44,114 nucleotides of DNA from Octopus bimaculoides (lineage: Eukaryota). The stretch is from NCBI RefSeq assembly GCF_001194135.2, contig NC_068990.1, positions 34,914,727 to 34,958,840 on the forward strand. The letters run 5' to 3'. The notes below the pieces were generated by a model. The model was not told the origin of the DNA, did not search any database, and was given only the letters and a program-made list of their open reading frames with translations. A program made the translations under genes and the position numbers. Positions within the stretch are counted from its first letter, which is position 1. Each line of letters opens with the position of its first letter. Positions 39,791 to 44,114 of this stretch are shown here, one piece after another.

Positions 39791-41517
39791 TGTACAAAAC
39801 ATAGTAGAGACAATGTTAAGATGAACTGAAAGATAAGACATAGTTTTGACAGGCTTGTGTTTTAATAGTAATCAGGTTTCGTGTATAGGTATCAAGATAG
39901 AATAGGTGAGATAGTGCTAACAGTAATATCGAATGAAATAGTAAATGTAACTCTAATTGGGAGTGAGAGATTCGTATTGCTATCTTGGTGTTGTGGTAGT
40001 GATCAACATTTTAGATGCACTTAAATTAATATAAGAGAAAATGTTTTTAGGATTATATTATATTGGTGTAATGTTATGTGTAGCAGAGTTTGCAGTTCCA
40101 AAATATAAGCGTATGAGTTACAAGTTGGCTAGGTAGACATCTTGAAGAATATGTCAGTTCTCAGAATAAGTTATCGTACTTCGCTTGTAACATTAAATAA
40201 TGGTTGGCAACATTGTGTTGCGTATTTGGTGTGGCGAATATAGAATTTTTATTATGATACTACGTTTGTTTTTTTCTTCAGTAAGTCTAGTTTTATAATC
40301 CCCCGGGTTCTCTGTGAATAGTACCAGTTATATATACTGTTGTCAAGTCAATCAAGTTTACACCTCTTCTTTAGTTTCTAAGAAAATAATATTTCACAAT
40401 ACCTGGCCATATGAATATTTAATGTTAGCCCGTGAATATATGCATTATGTATTCAAAACTTTCTAGATATTTCCAGGTGGAATAAAACTGTCTTACATTC
40501 AATCAACTTAATGCTTCCGTTGCTAAACACTAAATAGATTAATTCCAGTTTAAAAATGATGAATGACACTGTGTCCGCTGTCAACAGTTCACTTATATTT
40601 TATGTTTACATTCCAAGAGTAAGACATAAAAAAGACAAAAAGAAAGAAAAGAGAAACGGAAGAAATAAGGTAATACCGAAGGAAAAATGGAAACTAAGTG
40701 CAATAAAATTCAAATTTCGTTCTCTAGCAATATGACAATTTGTCTAAGGGTCAAGAAATGGGGCGAACACCATAGAAACTATATATTTCAACCAATATTT
40801 CTTTTGTTACGTTGAAGTTAACTTTGGCATGAATTGAATGTTTGATGTATTATGTAAGAATCGGTATTGTCATTTTGATTTTCGTCGCGTAAATGGAAGA
40901 GCCACAGAGTTTTAAGAATTTATAACATTTGCACTCAACTCAGAAACATTGAAACATGCTTCAATGATTGGTAATTATTATCATCGACTTTTACTATCCC
41001 TTGACGCCTCCATGAAGTTTAGAAAATAAGCTTTCAAAAGTATTATATAATCTCTTAAAAATACTTTCAACTACTTTAGTTGAGATGAACCTTTAACCTT
41101 AGCAACAGTTTCTTCAAAAGTAAATGACAGTCTCCTAAAACATTTTTAAGAGATTTTAAATTGTTCATTCTTGTGTGTGAGGTTTCAATTTTGGCACTTT
41201 ACACCAAATTTGACACTCGTCCATTTCCCGTTCGCTGGAAGGGGGTATCAGAAGTATGTCATTATGTTTAATTTTCCACATGTCCTACTTCTAAATAATT
41301 GGGAGACGAGACATTTGAAATGATTTTACTCGGAGAGAAAACAATATCATTTGATTGTCGTTGTAAAATCATGTATATAAAACAGCGTTAAAGAAGTTCA
41401 ATGGCTGTGCAGTAAGATAACTTAAGTTCTAATATTTAGGCTCTCTAGGGGATAACATATTGAAACATCCATTGTAATTTCCTAAGCGGAATAAACACAG
41501 TAATTACGACTTCAGGA

Positions 41518-41712
41518 AAGGCGTTGAGCTGGCAGAATTATTAGCACGCCGTACAAAACAGGAAGCGGCATTTCATCCATCTTTACGTCCTGAGTTCAAA
41601 CTGCACTGCGCTTGACTTTGCCTTTCAACCTTTCAGGTATCATATGAGCACTACTGGTGTCGATGCAAATGATGAGCTCTCCCGCCCAAAATTTCAAACC
41701 TCGTGTACATAA
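41518..41712 (+). mobile_element. Diverged type B SINE with an alternative 3' tail
   Basis: GGCGTTGAGCTGGCAGAATTATTAGCACGCC...CCTGAGTTCAAA...TTGACTTTGCCTTTCAACCTTTC matches the type B head and core. Confidence 0.8.
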
Positions 41713-42070
41713 TATATATGTGATAGAAATAATTAATTAGGACAACAGAAGTAATAAAAGGAATAGACTACGTCGAAAACAATGGAGATATACATTCAGA
41801 TCATAGGAAAATTACACAGAATTTTATTGGTAAGAAAAGATTCTCAATTTCAGCAATAAAATATAATATTGTGAGTTCAGTGTCTTTCTCAATGACTACA
41901 TAGCTCTGAACGGAAACTAGATTACATTCTGGTAATCGCGAAATCGGTCGATACATAGTTGAGTTGTTTAAAAGAAAATTGGTTTCTTTTGATGGTTGCT
42001 TTCCTCGCATTCGGTACTAAAATGTGTTTATTTGGGAAGTATGTTGTGTGGCATTATTCTGTAGTAATGC

Positions 42071-42107
<37 letters not shown>

Positions 42108-42317
42108 AGAAAAGAAGTATAAATTTGTTTACACACACACACATATTTCGATAGGTAGATATATAGCTATTTAGATAGAAAGGGACTTATATAGATAGAC
42201 ACAAACAGTTAGATAGATTGATAAATAAATGGATAGCTAAATCGATAGATACAAGCATATGTTGTATTGCTTGGAAACAGAATTAATATGCATGAAGTTA
42301 AAAAGAACATTCTCAGT

Positions 42318-42413
42318 GGTAGTGGTGTTGGTGTTGGAGGTGGTTGTGGTGGTGGTGATGCACCTGCTTTTGCCACCGGAGCTCCTGATGATGATAATTA
42401 CGATGACGATGAT

Positions 42414-42454
<41 letters not shown>

Positions 42455-42640
42455 TGATGATAATGATGATAATCTTCATGATGACTATTATGGCGTTCAT
42501 TTTAAAAAAAGTAAGAACAAAAATAAGATGAATGACTGAAAAACAACAGGAAAACGGAGAACAAAAGTTGAATGAGTGAGAGGAGTGAGAGGAGGGAGAT
42601 GATGATGGTAGTAGTGGTAGTATTGTGCTGCTGGTGGTCG
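42318..42640. repeat. Degenerate (GGT)n, then (GAT/GAC)n including a (GATGAC)n run, then a GAG/GGT tract
   Basis: Directly visible; produces poly-Asp, poly-Met/Thr and poly-Ile/Val ORFs. Confidence 0.85.
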
Positions 42641-43149
42641 GACAATAATTCTTTACTATAGCAGTGCTATAAGGCATTAGAGGCAGTATTTCACTGTGTA
42701 TAGAGTAAGGGATTAAATAGGATAAAACATTCAGCCTGAGATGGTTGGACAAACCAAGGGGGTTCATTCTGATAAAGCTACACAGTTGGCTTGTAAAAGA
42801 TTGTATGGAATCTTCTGGAAACGTGACCAATGCTACGAAACGTGAGATGTCGCTCTAGGTTGGATGCTTGGCGAAGGCATTTGTTGACAGATTTCCATAG
42901 TGCAATGCAAACACAGGATTATACGCAGAGACAGTACTGATATATAAACATATACATACATCCATGCATATATATATATACATACATACACATGGACATA
43001 TATGCATACCCACATATATATATATATATATATATACATAACCAAACACACACACACACACACATATATATGTATATATATATATATGTGAATATATATA
43101 TATATAACCACATAGATTCATACACGCACCTTTATTCATTCAGTCTTAC

Positions 43150-43350
43150 ATACATATATGCATACATACATACAAACATAGGCGCATACATACATACAAA
43201 CATAGGCGCATACATACATACATTCATTCATGCACACTTCTATGCATACATACATGCATAGATATATATATATATATGCAAACATACATGAATGCATGCA
43301 TGCATATATTCATACATACATGCATATATTCATACATACATGCATACATT
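43150..43350. repeat. (CATA)n-derived tract with a higher-order 24-bp duplication (43161-43208) and a 20-bp duplication (about 43298-43340)
   Basis: CATACATACATACAAACATAGGCG x2; TGCATATATTCATACATACA x2. Confidence 0.85.
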
Positions 43351-44033
43351 GTAAAATAGATACATAGTCATACATTTAAATGCACGCACATTTTGTGAGT
43401 AAGCATATGTACGAATATATACGTTTATATGTATCTGTATATGTCATATTAGTCTTGAACATTTGCATTAGCATGAAATAAAACATACACAAATATACAC
43501 AAACATACTCAAACATATACACACACACTCATAGAAGAACACAGGAATCTGTTTCGAGACGTTCGACATACACATATGAGAAAGATAGATAGATAGAGAG
43601 ATAGATAAATAGGGAGTGAGTAAGGGAGAAAGAAACAGAGATAACATTATACGCACAGGTGTTTGCGCACACACGTAGACTGATACATACACATCCAGGA
43701 AAAGAGAGAGAGAGTGAGAGAGAGAGAGGAAGAAAGAGAGAAATGGAGAAAGAGAGAGAGGGAGAAAGAGAGATAGGGAACGGAAAGAATGCGACAATGA
43801 GCCATAGAGGTGTGTGAGAGTGACAAGAAGACAGACATACAGGCAGCAGAGTGAGTGAAAGACGCGCATATATACACGTTAAATGAAATTAGAAAGATAG
43901 GTCGTAGATTGATAGACAGAAAGAAAGAAATAATAGGTAGACAGATAAGTATATATACTCCTTTACTCTTTTACTCTTTCACTCTTTTACTTGTTTCAGT
44001 CATTGGTGGGTGGGGAGGGACAAACACAGGCAG

Positions 44034-44037
<4 letters not shown>

Positions 44038-44114
<77 letters not shown>
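44038..44114. repeat. (CA)n(TA)n microsatellite
   Basis: Directly visible. Confidence 0.97.

Overview
AT-rich eukaryotic DNA, not prokaryotic. It is dominated by microsatellites, SINEs and decayed transposons, and has six N-gaps (4069-4319, 6558-6825, 17953-18358, 19006-19122, 25952-26094, 34982-35466), most of them at (AT)n or (AC)n arrays. The SINE families and microsatellite load resemble an Octopus (coleoid cephalopod) short-read assembly; this is inferred from remembered repeat consensus, not from a search. No protein-coding gene can be named, and nearly all supplied ORFs are microsatellite or gap translations. Well supported: at least 10 tRNA-derived SINE copies or fragments, including one SINE nested in another with both TSDs intact; two decayed RTE-like LINE RT remnants; a decayed mariner transposase fragment; and a TA-flanked, CpG-rich, near-fully palindromic element of about 207 bp (37196-37400) whose arms carry B-box/T-arm-like motifs. 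That element is the most unusual object in the window. A phase-compatible chain of small minus-strand candidate exons may mean the window lies within a long-intron gene, but this is tentative. No rRNA, true tRNA gene or CRISPR array was seen.
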